The notes under the pieces were generated by a model. That model did no database searches. It had not been told where the DNA came from and was given only the letters and a program-made list of their open reading frames with translations. From Paramecium tetraurelia (taxonomy: Eukaryota): a stretch of 64,000 bases of DNA. The stretch covers positions 124,001 through 188,000 of the forward strand of contig CT868085.1 in the NCBI GenBank assembly GCA_000165425.1. Reading direction: 5' to 3'. A program made the position numbers and the translations under genes. Of the stretch, positions 13,839 to 26,820 are shown piece by piece (the stretch's first letter is position 1; every line of letters begins with the position of its first letter).

Positions 13839-15041
13839 ATGGGAAATCTTTGCGAAACAAATGAAACAAATAAACTGACTTCGGTTTAGATGCCATCCAA
13901 ATAATAAGAGGAGACTATGGGCTATACTTCAGAGAGGAATTTAGTCTCCTCCAATTAATTGGAATCAGCATAGAAGAAATTGAGTATAGAAGATTTTGTG
14001 ATGCTCAATCAATTAGGAAAAGTAAGGGATTATAGAATACGATAGATTTCTAGGGTGCATTTGGAAAAGTGTTCAAGGTGAAAAAGAAAGACAATGGTAA
14101 AATCTATGCACTAAAGGCTATGAATAAAAAATAAATATTTGATAGCAATTTAGAGCAAAATGCCGTTATCGAAAAAGAAGTGTTGAATAACAGCAAGCAT
14201 CCCTTTGTTGTTAATCTAAAATATTCATTTCAAAGTCAAACCAAACTTTACTTTGTGCTGGAATACATTGATGGTGGGGAATTTTATTAGATACTTCAAA
14301 GAACACAAGGACTTCCTGAACCTGTTGTACAATTTGTAGCAGCAGAAGTCATTCTAGCTTTGGAATATCTGAATATGAAATTAAACATTATTTATAGAGA
14401 TTTAAAACCTGAAAATTTACTACTGACTAAATCAGGACATGTGAAATTAACTGATTTTGGTTTAGCTACCAAAAGAAAAGAAAACAACCAAAAATCTTAT
14501 ACATTAGTTGGTACAACTGAATATTTGGCTCCGGAAATCATAAGAAAGGAAGGACACTCATTCGAAGTAGATTTATGGACTTTGGGGATTCTAATTTATG
14601 AAATGATTACTGGCAAAACTCCGTTTGCTCATCCTGAAAGAAATCAAATGAAAATTCAGTATCTCATTTTAAAGAATAATCCCTCCTATCCCCCAACTAT
14701 GTCTCGTGATGCAAAGGATTTAATCAACAGTCTTTTATAAACCAATCCTCAATTAAGATTAGGCGCAAATGTATTCCATTTCTGATATATTTTCATAGGG
14801 ATATGATAGTATCAAGAGTCATGCATATTTCACCAAAATCAATTGGTAAGATCTTTATGAACAGAAAGTCAAATCTCCACTAAAAACCTTTGCTGAAGAA
14901 AATTCAAACAGATTACAAAACTTATAGCCTATGCAAAATTAAATTAAAGAGACTCCTGGTAATAATCCTATGCCTTAAATTAATGGAATAAGCTACTCAG
15001 GAAATGAAATGGATAGAGGCAGTTCGGTAAAGAATTATTGA
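13839..15041 (+). CDS. AGC-family Ser/Thr protein kinase with MGNLC N-terminus (possible acylation)
   Basis: LGK/GAFGKV across a 32-nt intron, [24 protein letters not shown]. Confidence 0.95.
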
Positions 15042-15074
15042 AAGACTATTTCAATAATAAATATATAATTAATT

Positions 15075-15860
15075 AATCCTTCTAATTTCTTATTATTATT
15101 ACAATTGATTTTCATTATCTTTTACTCATCACCCAACTTCTTTATTGTGATAAAATGCATTTTCTTAATTTTTCCCCATTCTTTAATTTCATCCTAATCT
15201 TTTTTTAACCAATTGTCATTAAGTTTTAACACATTCTGTTTTTTATTTTCAAATATTGTTCATCCTTCTTTTTCATGCTTTTCAATTGTAAATCAAGTCT
15301 ACTGTATTAATATTTACATGATCTTAATAATCCTTTGCTAAACTGAGAATTAAATTACAATGATCAGTAATTTAGAAGAATGACAAGGCTCCTTTATTCA
15401 ATTGATCTAAGCCTAATTAATTTTATCAAAGAGGGATTCAATTATTTTATAAAATGAAAAAGTCCTTGCAATCTTATTCTTTGTATAAGTAAATGATGAT
15501 ATTCTTAAATTAAGGTTCCTAAAAACAAGCTTTACAATCAAATCTTCTTTAATTTCGTTCTTTTTTCATAGATTTTCATTATAATAAAATTCCAAAACCT
15601 TATTTCATCAGACTGAATTTTATTATAACATTCAATATACAAACTCAAGTTCCTATTAACATACGAAAGGCATTGTGAGTCCACCTCAAATACATTTAGA
15701 GATGGGGATTCTTTAGCTTAATTTGTATTCTAAACTTAAATTGTAAATGTGATATCATTTTTCTATTAAAGAGAAGGAGTTGAGTATTAGGATTGCTGTG
15801 ATGTCTTCTAAATCTCATAGTTTAGGAAAATAAAGGAATATTGGGGATTTTGGAATTATT
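15075..15860 (-). pseudogene. Possible decayed gene relic between kinase and RPS2
   Basis: Coding-like composition, but every minus frame examined is interrupted by TGA and no consistent intron model was found. Confidence 0.3.
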
Positions 15861-15939
15861 TTTAATTGAATAATTATACGTGAGTTTATGTATTAACAGG
15901 ACTTTGAAAACAAATTTTTAAATTAAGATTTTTATTTTA

Positions 15940-16786
15940 ATGGCTGAATAAGAGCAATAATAAGCACCAGCAGCAGAATAAGAATAAGCCGCCCCAGTTG
16001 AAAAAAAGGGATTCGGAAGAGGAGGAAGAGGATAAAGAGAAAGAAGAGAAGGTGGAGCCCCAAGATAAAATAGAGGTCCAAGAAGATTTGGAGGTGAATA
16101 AGAATGGGTACCCTTAACCAAATTGGGTAGATTAGTAAAGGCAGGCAAAATCAAGAGTCTTGAGACAATCTTCCAATTCTCAATCCCCATCAAGGGTAAT
16201 TCTAGATTATTATACAAATTTAGAATATTAAATCGTTGATCACTTCCTTAAGAATTTGAAGGAAGAGCCACTTGCCATTGGTCCAGTCTAGAAGCAAACA
16301 TGTGCAGGTTAAAGAACAAGATTCAAGGCATACGTCGTAGTTGGAGATTCCCACTAACACATTGGTTTGGGATGGAAATCAGCAAAGGAAGTGTAAGGAG
16401 CCATCAAAGGTGCAGTCATCAATGCTAAACTCAATTTGATCCCAGTTAGAAAGGGATATTGGGGAAATAAGATTGCCTAACCACACACAGTCCCATGCAA
16501 AGTGACAGGAAAGGAAGGATCAGTCAGAGTTAGATTGGTTCCAGCTCCCAGAGGTACTGGTATTGTTGCTGCCATCACATCAAAGAAAGTGTTATAAATG
16601 GCAGGAATTTAAGATTGCTACACCTAATCAAAGGGAAGCACAAGAACAAGATCAAACTTCTTGAAGGCCACATTCCATGCCCTTAAAGAAACCTACAATT
16701 TCCTTACACCAGATCTTTGGGGACACACAAAATTAGAATCAACTCCATTCTAAGAACACAGCGAATATTTGTCTGCCTTGAAATGA
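15940..16786 (+). CDS. RPS2: 40S ribosomal protein S2 (uS5)
   Basis: RG-rich N-terminus, [45 protein letters not shown]; 28-nt intron 16196-16223. Confidence 0.98.
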
Positions 16787-16824
16787 GATCAATTTATCAT
16801 AAGTATATTAAAAATATAAAATAC

Positions 16825-18090
16825 ATGCTCAAAAACTTATTAATTGTTTTTTTGTATTCTCTTCTTATTGCTGTGAAGGCTGAGAATGTATTAACTATAG
16901 CATTTGGCTCATGCTTTAAATTTTATAGATCTCATGACACAGATGTTTTTCTAAGAATTTAGTAGTTTAATCCATAATATTTTTTATGGTTGGGAGACGC
17001 TGCTTATATTGATTATTCTCATGTTTTAGGTATATGGAAACCTGAATAGAATGAGACTAGAGTAAAAGATAAATTTGACATCACCAACAATGATAAATAT
17101 TATGCTCAATTCAAAAAGAGTGTAACAATCAAAGGAATTTATGATGACCATGATAGTAATTAAAATAATGGAGATAAATTCAACCCTTTCAAAGAAAGTG
17201 CAAAATAATTATATCTAGATTTTATTGGTGTAGACAATAATTCTCCCCTTAGAAAATAGGATGGCATTTACTAATCATTCTATGCTGATCAAGATAATCA
17301 GATTCTAATTGTTATGACAGATATAAGATATAATTCCGATAAATAAACAGGTGATTCCTTAGGAGAAAATTAATGGAAATGGTTAGAAGAATAATTTAAG
17401 AAAAAAAGCGAATTGATCATCATGACATCTGGAATCTAAGTTATGCCTGATGATAGAGATGGATCAGAAACATGGTTTAAATGGTCTAAAAAGAGATTAT
17501 ATACTTTAATCAAAAAATATAATAAGCCTATCATCTTCTTATCTGGAGATGTGCACTATTCTGAAATTATGAAATATCCATGTCCCCATAGGTTAGGTTA
17601 AAATCTCTATGAATTTACTTCAAGTGGAATGACATTTGCTAATTCTGATCATATTCCCTTTTTTGGCTTTATTTCCTAATTTTTTCGTCCAACAACTTTT
17701 AGTAACAATTAAGATCACTATTACAAATCGAATTTTGGAATCTTAAAAGTAATTACTAATAATCGAAATTCACCTGTAAGGATTGATTATGAAACTCATT
17801 CTAGTGATGACTCTAGTGTTGTTTTGTAGAAGACTATCTATATTGAAGAGCTACAACAATAATTTTATGATGACTCTTAGTCTTGTATATTAGATGTATA
17901 TAGAGAAGAGAGATAATGGTAGAATTATTTATTGAGAATTAATGAAAGCATTTTTATAGTGAGTTGCTCGCTATTGGCAGTATTGTTATTCATTATATTT
18001 TTGATATATAATTTTATATCCTATATTTCTAAATTTTTAGAATTATATAAACAGATATAGATGAATAAATTAAAAATTAAATAAGAATGA
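16825..18090 (+). CDS. PhoD-like (alkaline phosphatase D family) metallophosphoesterase with signal peptide and C-terminal TM helix
   Basis: IAFGSC, WLGDAAYID, IYDDHD, LGENQWKWL, FLSGDVH, EFTSSG motifs; intronless, 421 aa. Confidence 0.9.
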
Positions 18091-18377
18091 TATATAAATA
18101 TATATTAAGTAAGTACTTAGAATTAATATCCAAAATATTTTTAAAGATAAAAAAAAGAAAATAATATAGACACATTTGCAATTGTTATTAGAGTGATTTA
18201 TTTGTATTCAAAAGATTATTATCTCTCCCTTCTATCATATATGGCAATAAATCCTTTATACTGTATGATTCTAAATTTATTTTACTTAATGAAGATATAA
18301 GTATGGTTTGAAAAAAAAATAATTAAGTTCCTCACCCTTTTATTTAAGAATATAAAAATTTATAAATATTGCATACT

Positions 18378-19104
18378 TCATTTTATTCTTGGAAATTACA
18401 ATTTTTATTATTAGGAATCAGGCTCAATTCTTAATTTAGACAAGGCTGAATTCTTATATGTTGGAGCACTGGTTCTGCTTTGATTTGTTTTAGAGTATTT
18501 TGGATTTGTAGTTGTTTTTGTTAACCTCTCAACGATTTTACCCATCTTTTACTGATTTTATTACGAATATTTAGAAATTCTATTTTTTAATTCCAATGTT
18601 CTTGAACATATATGAGATTTTTACTTCTTATAGTCCTTTAGTACAGTGTCCTTATTTCTAAAGGATGATGGAGTTCTTTATAACCGCTACATTAATTTTT
18701 CATTTTCTCCAACAATTTTTTTAGCTTCTTGTTTCCTATAGGATAAATTAAGAGATTTGATAGAGTTGGCTGAACTTTGACGAGTGACAGATCTTTTTGG
18801 CATTGATGAATATGTTTTTTAATTTCCTATATCCACAATGCGATTTAAAATCTTGGCATTCTCCTTAAAGAGACGTTATTCCTTTTGTAAATCCACTTAT
18901 AGTTTGGTATAAAACTTGTTCGCCCTTATTTACTAATACTTATCATTGTCTATTAAAACTTGCTAAAGTTCGAGAATGCTATACTTTTTTTGAAAGATGG
19001 GGATCTGATCTTGTATTTAACAATTTGAATTTATGCTGTTGGAACTATTCAGCATAACACACTTTTTTTATAATATCCTATTCCACATATTTGGGACCTC
19101 TCAT
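18378..19104 (-). CDS. CFAP97/KIAA1430-domain-like (ciliary) protein
   Basis: KENAKILNRIVDI and SLNLSYRKQEAKKIVGENEKLMQRL motifs; one 22-nt intron restores frame (235 codons). Confidence 0.7.
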
Positions 19105-19385
19105 AATTTATGATTTTATAATATAAATAAATACTTATTAGAGTGCTATAAATTATTTTTTAAAGGAAACGGGAAATGGTAAGGAACTGTAATATTTTTG
19201 AATTCCATTGATTTTGGAATAGTGGGGTTGATAATGGTATTAGAAAATGATGAAAAGTGTTAGAATTTAATGATTATATAATAATAAATTACAGAAATAG
19301 AATTTAGCACCTGTGTTCTAGTTAATTTTGTTATTGCTAAGTATTTTGTGATGAGAATATCATTTTGAAAATTTATTTAAATTAA

Positions 19386-20032
19386 ATGTTTGAGAAGGAA
19401 ATAGTGATTGATGGAAAGGGTCATTTGTTGGGTAGATTAGCATCTTATATTGCAAAACAATTATAAAGAGGATAAAGAATAGTTGTAGTCAGAACAGAAT
19501 TGATTCAACAATCAGGTAAAATGATCCCATGATTTTAGGTTCTCTATTTAGAAACAGAGTTATTTTCGAGGAATATTTGAACAAAAGAATGGCCTTCAAT
19601 CCTAGAAGAGGATATAAACATTACAGAACACCATCAAGATGCTTCTGGAAAGTTGTAAGAGGAATGCTTCAATACAAATCAAAAAGAGGAGCAGCTGCTT
19701 TAGAAAGATTAAAAGTCTTTGAAGGAGTTCCACCTCCTTATGACACAAGAAAGAGATAAGTAGTTCCAGATGCTCTTAAATTAATTAGACTCAAGAATCA
19801 TAGACCTTTTTGCTCCTTAGGAGATTTGTGCGCTTCAGTTGGATGGAATCAATAATCAATTGTAAATAGATTAGAAGAAAAAAGAAAGATAAGGTAGAAT
19901 TTGCATTTATAAATTGTTAGAGGTGCAACATATTATAAGAGAAAAATTACCAGAGAAAATCTAAGAAGAAAGGCAATTGGCGCTAAAGAACTTACTGCCA
20001 TAAACGCAGAATTAGAGAAATTGGGTTATTGA
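19386..20032 (+). CDS. RPL13A: 60S ribosomal protein L13a (uL13)
   Basis: [32 protein letters not shown]; two small introns. Confidence 0.98.
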
Positions 20033-20081
20033 GAAAATATAATAAGATAATGTACAATTAGAAAATTAAGTAATATTATCA

Positions 20082-20891
20082 TCATTGTGATCTTTTTAAT
20101 TTCAAAGAGAGTTTTTTAGTTTATTTTTAAAAGGTTGATTATTTTTCAAATTGATCAATCGTATAAACAGAATGCAAAGGTTTTAAATCCGTTGTTGTAT
20201 GCAAGGATTATAAACTAATTGCTTTCGAATTTAGTAACCGATTCAATTTTGTATTTTAATTCTTAAATTATTAAAGATAGCTACTGTTTTTGCAAGTATC
20301 AGCTTTTAATTTTTATTAAATGATTAAAGTTTGAATTTTTTCACCAAAGCTTATTTTTCTATTTTTAATATCCAGACAACAGCTTTTATTTCTTTTACGA
20401 TTGGAGGGGCTTTAAGGGTAAGGATGATGAAGTATAGAGTAATGACTAATCATCATTTTAGAAGGACAACTGCTCCGAATTTTAAATTCCTAAAGAGCTA
20501 TTTTAGCTATATAGATGATGCATTGAATAGCAATTATTAATTTTCTCCATTTTTTTACATAAAATTGCTTTCTTTGAAAAGAAGTTCCATGATAGGGTAT
20601 AGTTTAAAACATGAACTAATATCTTTTATTTAAAGTTCCCTCGTAAGAAGACTCTGAACTTCGACATCGTTTATTGCTAATAACCTATAATATTCAATAG
20701 TACTTTTAATTTTCTTATCTTCTTTTACTAAACCATTTCAACTTAAAGAGAGTCTATTCATACTCTACTATTTCTGGTAATTTTGGGTGCTATCTATGAC
20801 TTTTTTGTTTTGGAGAAAGAGAGAGTACTAACTAATTTGGAGTTCTGGTTTTTATGATAAAGCTGTGTTTCGACCTCTGTTTTGTTTCCAT
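20082..20891 (-). CDS. Uncharacterised basic protein, tandem family member 1 (260 aa)
   Basis: ORF restored by 27-nt intron 20677-20703; motifs shared with the next two genes. Confidence 0.75.
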
Positions 20892-21015
20892 ATTAATGAA
20901 TTAATATAACTATTATTAAAATTAATTTATTGGAGTTCTAATTAGATATTTACTTAAATAAACTTTATTGTTAAAGATTGAATTAGGAAAATTGTGAGTA
21001 ATATTTTCATTATAT

Positions 21016-21880
21016 TCAATATAATCTGAGAGTCCTTATTCTTCTTATCATAGTCGAAGAAACTCTCTTTATTCTAATGTTTTCTTCTTTGTAAGGCGCT
21101 ATTTACATCAGAATAGGTAGTTAATTAGAATCTTTGATGCTTGCACATCTATTTCTTGAGAGATCAACAGTTTGATCGCAAATCTTTGATGTCACAAGCC
21201 TTTTTATTCTTGAATCGTTAAAACGAAATTCTTTTGTGATCACTGATTTCGAGCTCAACTCCTTTTTTTACTTCTCACTTTCATACATTGCTTTTACAAA
21301 ATCACCAAAGCCACTTGGTTGATTCTTTCCTTCCCCTTGAGTTCTACTTCGAAATTTCCTTTTAGGAGGACTTGCAGGATAATTGAGACTTTTAAGACTG
21401 CTTCTTCGAGGAGGAATGTGAGGACATGAAGCAGTCTTAGAAATTAATTATTCTCTATAAAGTTTACCATAGAAGATTATAATTTCCACTCCTATAATCA
21501 GCCGTTTCCACATCATTCTACATTAATTGAATCTCTATTGAACAGGACAATGATAGGGCAACAATAAAAAAAACTAAGAAACCTTTTTACCATTTTGTCC
21601 TTCGATCGAGCTTTCTGAACTTTTAGCTCTAGGATAATATTTAAGCCTATGTGTCGATATTAATTCATTACTTTTTATGATATTGTTTTTATTCATTCCA
21701 TTCAGATAGCTATTTCAAATTCTCATTAATTTGATATCTCGGTTATTTTTATTTATATAATCGCACTCTTGTAACTTGATTAGATTTCTAACTTTAACTT
21801 AAAAAAGATCTTTCAAATTTTCGAATAAAGCTATTTTCTAAGTCATTTCTATAAACCTTCGGTAATTTTTTCTGATTCAT
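21016..21880 (-). CDS. Uncharacterised basic protein, tandem family member 2 (279 aa)
   Basis: ORF restored by 25-nt intron 21647-21671. Confidence 0.8.
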
Positions 21881-21909
21881 AAATAATTAATATATATATA
21901 ATAAAGTGA

Positions 21910-22712
21910 TCATTTGCCAAGATTTGAAAATACTCTTTGCAATCTTTTATCTAATTTTATAAGAGGAGGAAGAGTTAAATTACACTATAGTTTGTTAGTC
22001 ACCTTCTTAGGAGATAGTCTTAGATTATCTGCAGAAATGCTATTGTTATTATTTCTTTTAGTTAATATTCTATTAATTCTAATTTGATTCGATTGATATT
22101 TTAGATAAATGGGGGATTTCTTGAAATTAGGTATTTCTTTCCTTTTTTATTTCGCCTCTAATTCGTCTTAGGCTTCTATATATTCACCAAAGGTTCCTAA
22201 TTTTAATAGACAATCCTTTTTTCTTTTTCTTGGATTCCTAGGCAGAGTGTCAGGAGTTGGTAAAGCATAAAGTTTTTTTCTGGGAATATAAAACCTGTAA
22301 ATATCATTTCTTGCTCTTTCATATCTAAATAATGAGATTATGACATTGATGTATTTCTTCCATAATTTTCTTATAACTTATCTTCTATGCTATTTACAGT
22401 GATGGTAAGGTAAATATAGAAAGATCTATTGATCCTTAAGATTAATAAACCCTTCTACATTGCTTTAAGAACTAAGAGACCTCTTATGATATTTAAGTCT
22501 AATTTAGATTAAGTTGCTTACAATTGATAATCTTAAATTCTCTCGTTAATTTCATTAAGTTCTTTCAACTTAGTTAATGAGTCCAGTTCATTATGCTTCT
22601 GAAAATTATTATTTTATTAATGTTTGAGATTCAATAGATTATTTTGAGATCTTTGAAGAAATGCAAGCTGAGTGTATTTCTATTAAATATTTTTTAATCC
22701 TTAAGCCTTCAT
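21910..22712 (-). CDS. Uncharacterised basic protein, tandem family member 3 (259 aa)
   Basis: ORF restored by 23-nt intron 22499-22521. Confidence 0.8.
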
Positions 22713-23424
22713 TTTTTTAGTAGTTTAAGTAGTTTAAGTAATTTAATTAGTATATTGCAATTAAATTTAAAAAGATGCAAATAAATGGAATTATCAGACT
22801 TAAAATTGAGTTTAATTTAAATATTAATGTTATAAAGGAATTATTTAAATTATTTAGGTTCAAATTAATGCTTAAGCAGATTTCAAATTTGATAATAATG
22901 ATATGACTTTGCAATAATTTTTTATTCTTTACAAACAAATATATTCTTTGTAAAGAATCTACTATTTTACTATTTTACTATTTTACTTTCTAATATTTAA
23001 ATTATTATTTTTAACATTAATATTCTTTCTACTTAATTTTATAATTATCATTATAAAAGTAAAGATAATATATTGTATCATTTTCAATTTTGAAACTAAT
23101 CTATCTATTTTCAAAATCATTGTAACAAAATTTATTGTTTTCATAATTGTAGTTTTCTTAAAAATTACTTGTATATTTTATTTAAATTAATTGATTTTAC
23201 TTTTAAATGATCTAAGTTCATGAATTCTATCAATATCAATTAAAATATTAAAAAGAATCTATTAAAGCACCCTATTAATCAATACTATTTCATTATTTCA
23301 TTTTTGCATAATAATTCAGATATCAAATATATTTAGGTACATACATAAGATTTAATCAATTCATTTAAGATTATATATTTAGTTAATCATTTATTTATCA
23401 CTATATTATAATAATTAATTAAAT

Positions 23425-24947
23425 ATGAATAAAACAATAGAAAGAAATGAAAATGGAACTGTAATCATGAATTTAAGAAATTTAAAGATCATCTGTGATA
23501 GAAAAGGTCTTTATCAGACTCCAGAAAACAATGAGACTATTTATTTGCATTATTTAGGTACATCCAAATGTTATTGATATAGGATTCGACAAAATTCAAA
23601 ATCTAGAACCTTATAAAAATTTAGTAGCATTATGGTTGAATAACAATGCAATTGGTAAAATTGAGAATTTAGATGAACTCACCTAGCTTGTTAATTTATA
23701 TTTGAATCATAATCTAATTTAAAAAATCGAAAATCTTTCATTTCTGACAAATTTGTGCACATTAAATTTGAGTCATAATTCAATCAAGAAAATTGAAAAT
23801 TTGCAAGCATTAACTAAACTCTAAAACTTAAATATTTCAAATAATCATTTAGCAGGTTATGAATCATTAGAGAATTTATAAGAATGCTTGTCAATTACTA
23901 ATTTGGATTTATCTAATAATTTTATATCATATGAAAAGCCTATTTTAGAGTTGTTTGGAAAAACAAATTTAGGTTGTTTATATTTAAAAGCTAATTCATT
24001 TGGTATATTATTAAATAATTATATTTTAGTAAGAGAATGTTCAGATTATAGAAAAATTATGATAGTGACTATTAAAACTTTGAAGTATCTAGATGATAAA
24101 CCAGTTACAGTAGGTGAAAGAAGAATTAGTGAGGCTTGGTAAACAGGAGGTAAAGCAGCAGAGTAATAAGAAAGAATTGCTTAAATTGAACAAAGAAAAG
24201 AAATTAATTATTAAAACTATCTACAAACTCTTGAAAGACAATAGAGAGGGGAAATGAGAAACAATCTATTGACTTAAAAAGATAATTTATAAAGAGAGAT
24301 CAGTTTATTATAAATTCTATTGGCTGATGGGGATGATGTTCAAAATTAATTAGAATAAAAAGAAAAAGAATTATAAAACATAGAAACAGAATTAGAGAAA
24401 TATAAAATAGATTAATTGACTCCTTATTAATGTGTGTTAACAACAAGAGACGAATTTGGAAATATCATAATTTTAAACAAATCAGAAGATGTAATAATTA
24501 TGTTTTATGAAAAAGGAAGTAATATAAATTAAGCAAAAGTATTTTAATGATGATATCCAACCATTAAGTGAGACAGATTTACCAGATTTTGAAAGTGGGA
24601 ATTAAAGTAATACTCTTACTGAAGACTTGGAAGATTTAAATAACAGTAATTTAGAATAATAAAATATTAACAATTATATTTATGAAGATAAAAAAGTAAA
24701 GATTTTAAGGGAAGTGAAAGACAAGAAAGAAGGATGGACTCTAGAAAATGAATAACTGCTATAAAATTTATTGATCTTTCATTAATTTGACTATTAGATT
24801 GTTAGCAAGGAACTTAAAAAAAAAATGGAAGAATAAAATTCTAAATTGAAATACTTAGATCCTGAAGATCTTAAATTAATTTGGACATATATTGAACTTA
24901 CGAAGTAAAAAAACCACAAACCATAAAATTTAGATGGAATTGATTGA
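23425..24947 (+). CDS. DNAAF1: Dynein axonemal assembly factor 1 (LRRC50/ODA7)-like SDS22-type LRR protein
   Basis: LYQTPENNETIYLHYLGFDKIQNLEPY, repeated IxKIENL LRRs, YRKIMIVTIKTLKYLDDKPV..ERRISEAW..GG. Confidence 0.85.
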
Positions 24948-24999
24948 TGAGATGATTTAATTATTTATTCAATTTGTTAATATTATTTGATAATCTTAT

Positions 25000-26150
25000 G
25001 TTATAAAATAAGTTATTAAAATTTATAATTATAACTGTTGATTTAAATTGTATTATAATTGTTCGTTTATATTTTCTCTAATGGCCACCTAATATCTAAT
25101 ATTATTGATAATCATACTAAAATGAGTAATCCATTCATATTCAATTTTAATCAAGAAGTTCTATGATTAAGTAATAGCAATAGAAGGTATTACTTAATCA
25201 TAAGACCTAATACTTCACATTTTATGTTTAATTTACTATCCCTATCAAAATTTATAATTGTTATATGCTCATTTAATTTCTCTGAAAAAAAAAATTTCTC
25301 TATTACTTGACTTTTTCTATATTTATTGAATTCTTGTACATATTCTTTTTTAAGGCAAAATGAATTTAGATATGCTTTTTGAAGAGGAATTTCATTTATT
25401 TACAACCTTAAGAAGCATCTTTGTTGATTTACATAATATGGAATGATTAAAATTAATTGATCTTCTATAATTATTGGATAATTTATTCAATAATTAGAAT
25501 TTTTTTCTTATTAATTTTAGGCTGCCATTTCTCAACAAAAATTTGAATTTAGAGGTTCATTAAACTGGGAATACCTTAAGTAACTGAGAAGTAATTTTAA
25601 AATAACCAGAAATGATGCAGGAGGCTCTTTTTATTTTTTTTATTTGAAAAAAAAATTGAGAAAATGCTTTTCAAGATTTTATGATATTTAATTTTGGAAA
25701 TAATCAAAAGATTTGTACATTTTCATTCACAAACAAATTATAATTCACTATTTAAGCTTCTTTCTATCTCTCTTAATTGAAGATAAAATGTCCAAATCAA
25801 ATTAATTGGTTTCTTCATCCAAAGTTTAAATTTCTTATTAACAAAGAGGTGGTTTTTTAGATGTACAAGATTTTTCTACATTAAATAAAAATTTGATTAC
25901 TTCCACTTATTTCTTTCCCATCAAATTTATCAGTAGATTTATTTTTACAAATTTCAATAGCCGCACCTTTTTAAGGGACTAGGAACTCATCTGACAAGTT
26001 TATTAAATCATTTTCTAGATCTTGTAGCAAATAGAGTAGCTTATAGAATTTATCAATCTCCTTTCTTGTATACTTTTGAACGATACTATTTTTTTTTTAT
26101 GGTTTTTATGATAAAATTCTTATCATTTAATTTAATGAAATTTAATGGTT
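25000..26150 (-). pseudogene. Probable decayed gene relic of unknown family
   Basis: Coding-like stretches (IVQKYTRKEIDKFYKLLYLLQDLE; VIKFLFNVEK..DILSSIKRD) broken by TGAs and frame changes. Confidence 0.35.
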
Positions 26151-26820
26151 AGTATAAATAATTTAAATTAGCATTTAAAGTTAACCACCTTATAAATTTT
26201 ATAATCCTTATAATATAAAGGATTTTCTTTTTTCAGTCTGTTCTTCACTTCTACTTTAAGAAATTGTATTAAAAAAAAATGTATTCAAAAAATGATTTAA
26301 ATCATAAATTAAATATAATATCATAAATTATGAGGAATTTATGATAATAACATAAAATGATGATTTTGCATTCATTCAATGTTATTAAAAAATTCAAATA
26401 GGCATATTTTTTTTTTTAAATTTTAAAGTCTCATAAAGCAATTTAAAATTATTATTACTAAATAATTTAAAGGTAATATGTTGTATGTACTAATTTCCAT
26501 TCTTAAAGTTCAAGTTTTAACAGTTCAAATTCAAATTTTAAGATGAAGAAGTTATAATTTAAAAATAGCTGTGCAAAAATCAAATGCATGAATATAAATA
26601 AATTTTGCTGTTATAAATAAACAATATTACCTTTTATTTTTATATAATGAAATTAATTTATTAAAAATTATTTGAAATTGAAAAATTTAATAAATTAAAG
26701 ATCATTCAAACAATTACTTTTTGATTTCCTAAGGGTAATATATACCATTATAAATACCTTATAAATATTATAAATAAATAAAAACAGCATATATATACTA
26801 TATGAATGATTTCAATAGAA

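Noticed and set aside
19240..19370. RTGATGA box C-like words upstream of RPL13a
   Set aside because: No matching CTGA box D or terminal stem; expected by chance in AT-rich DNA
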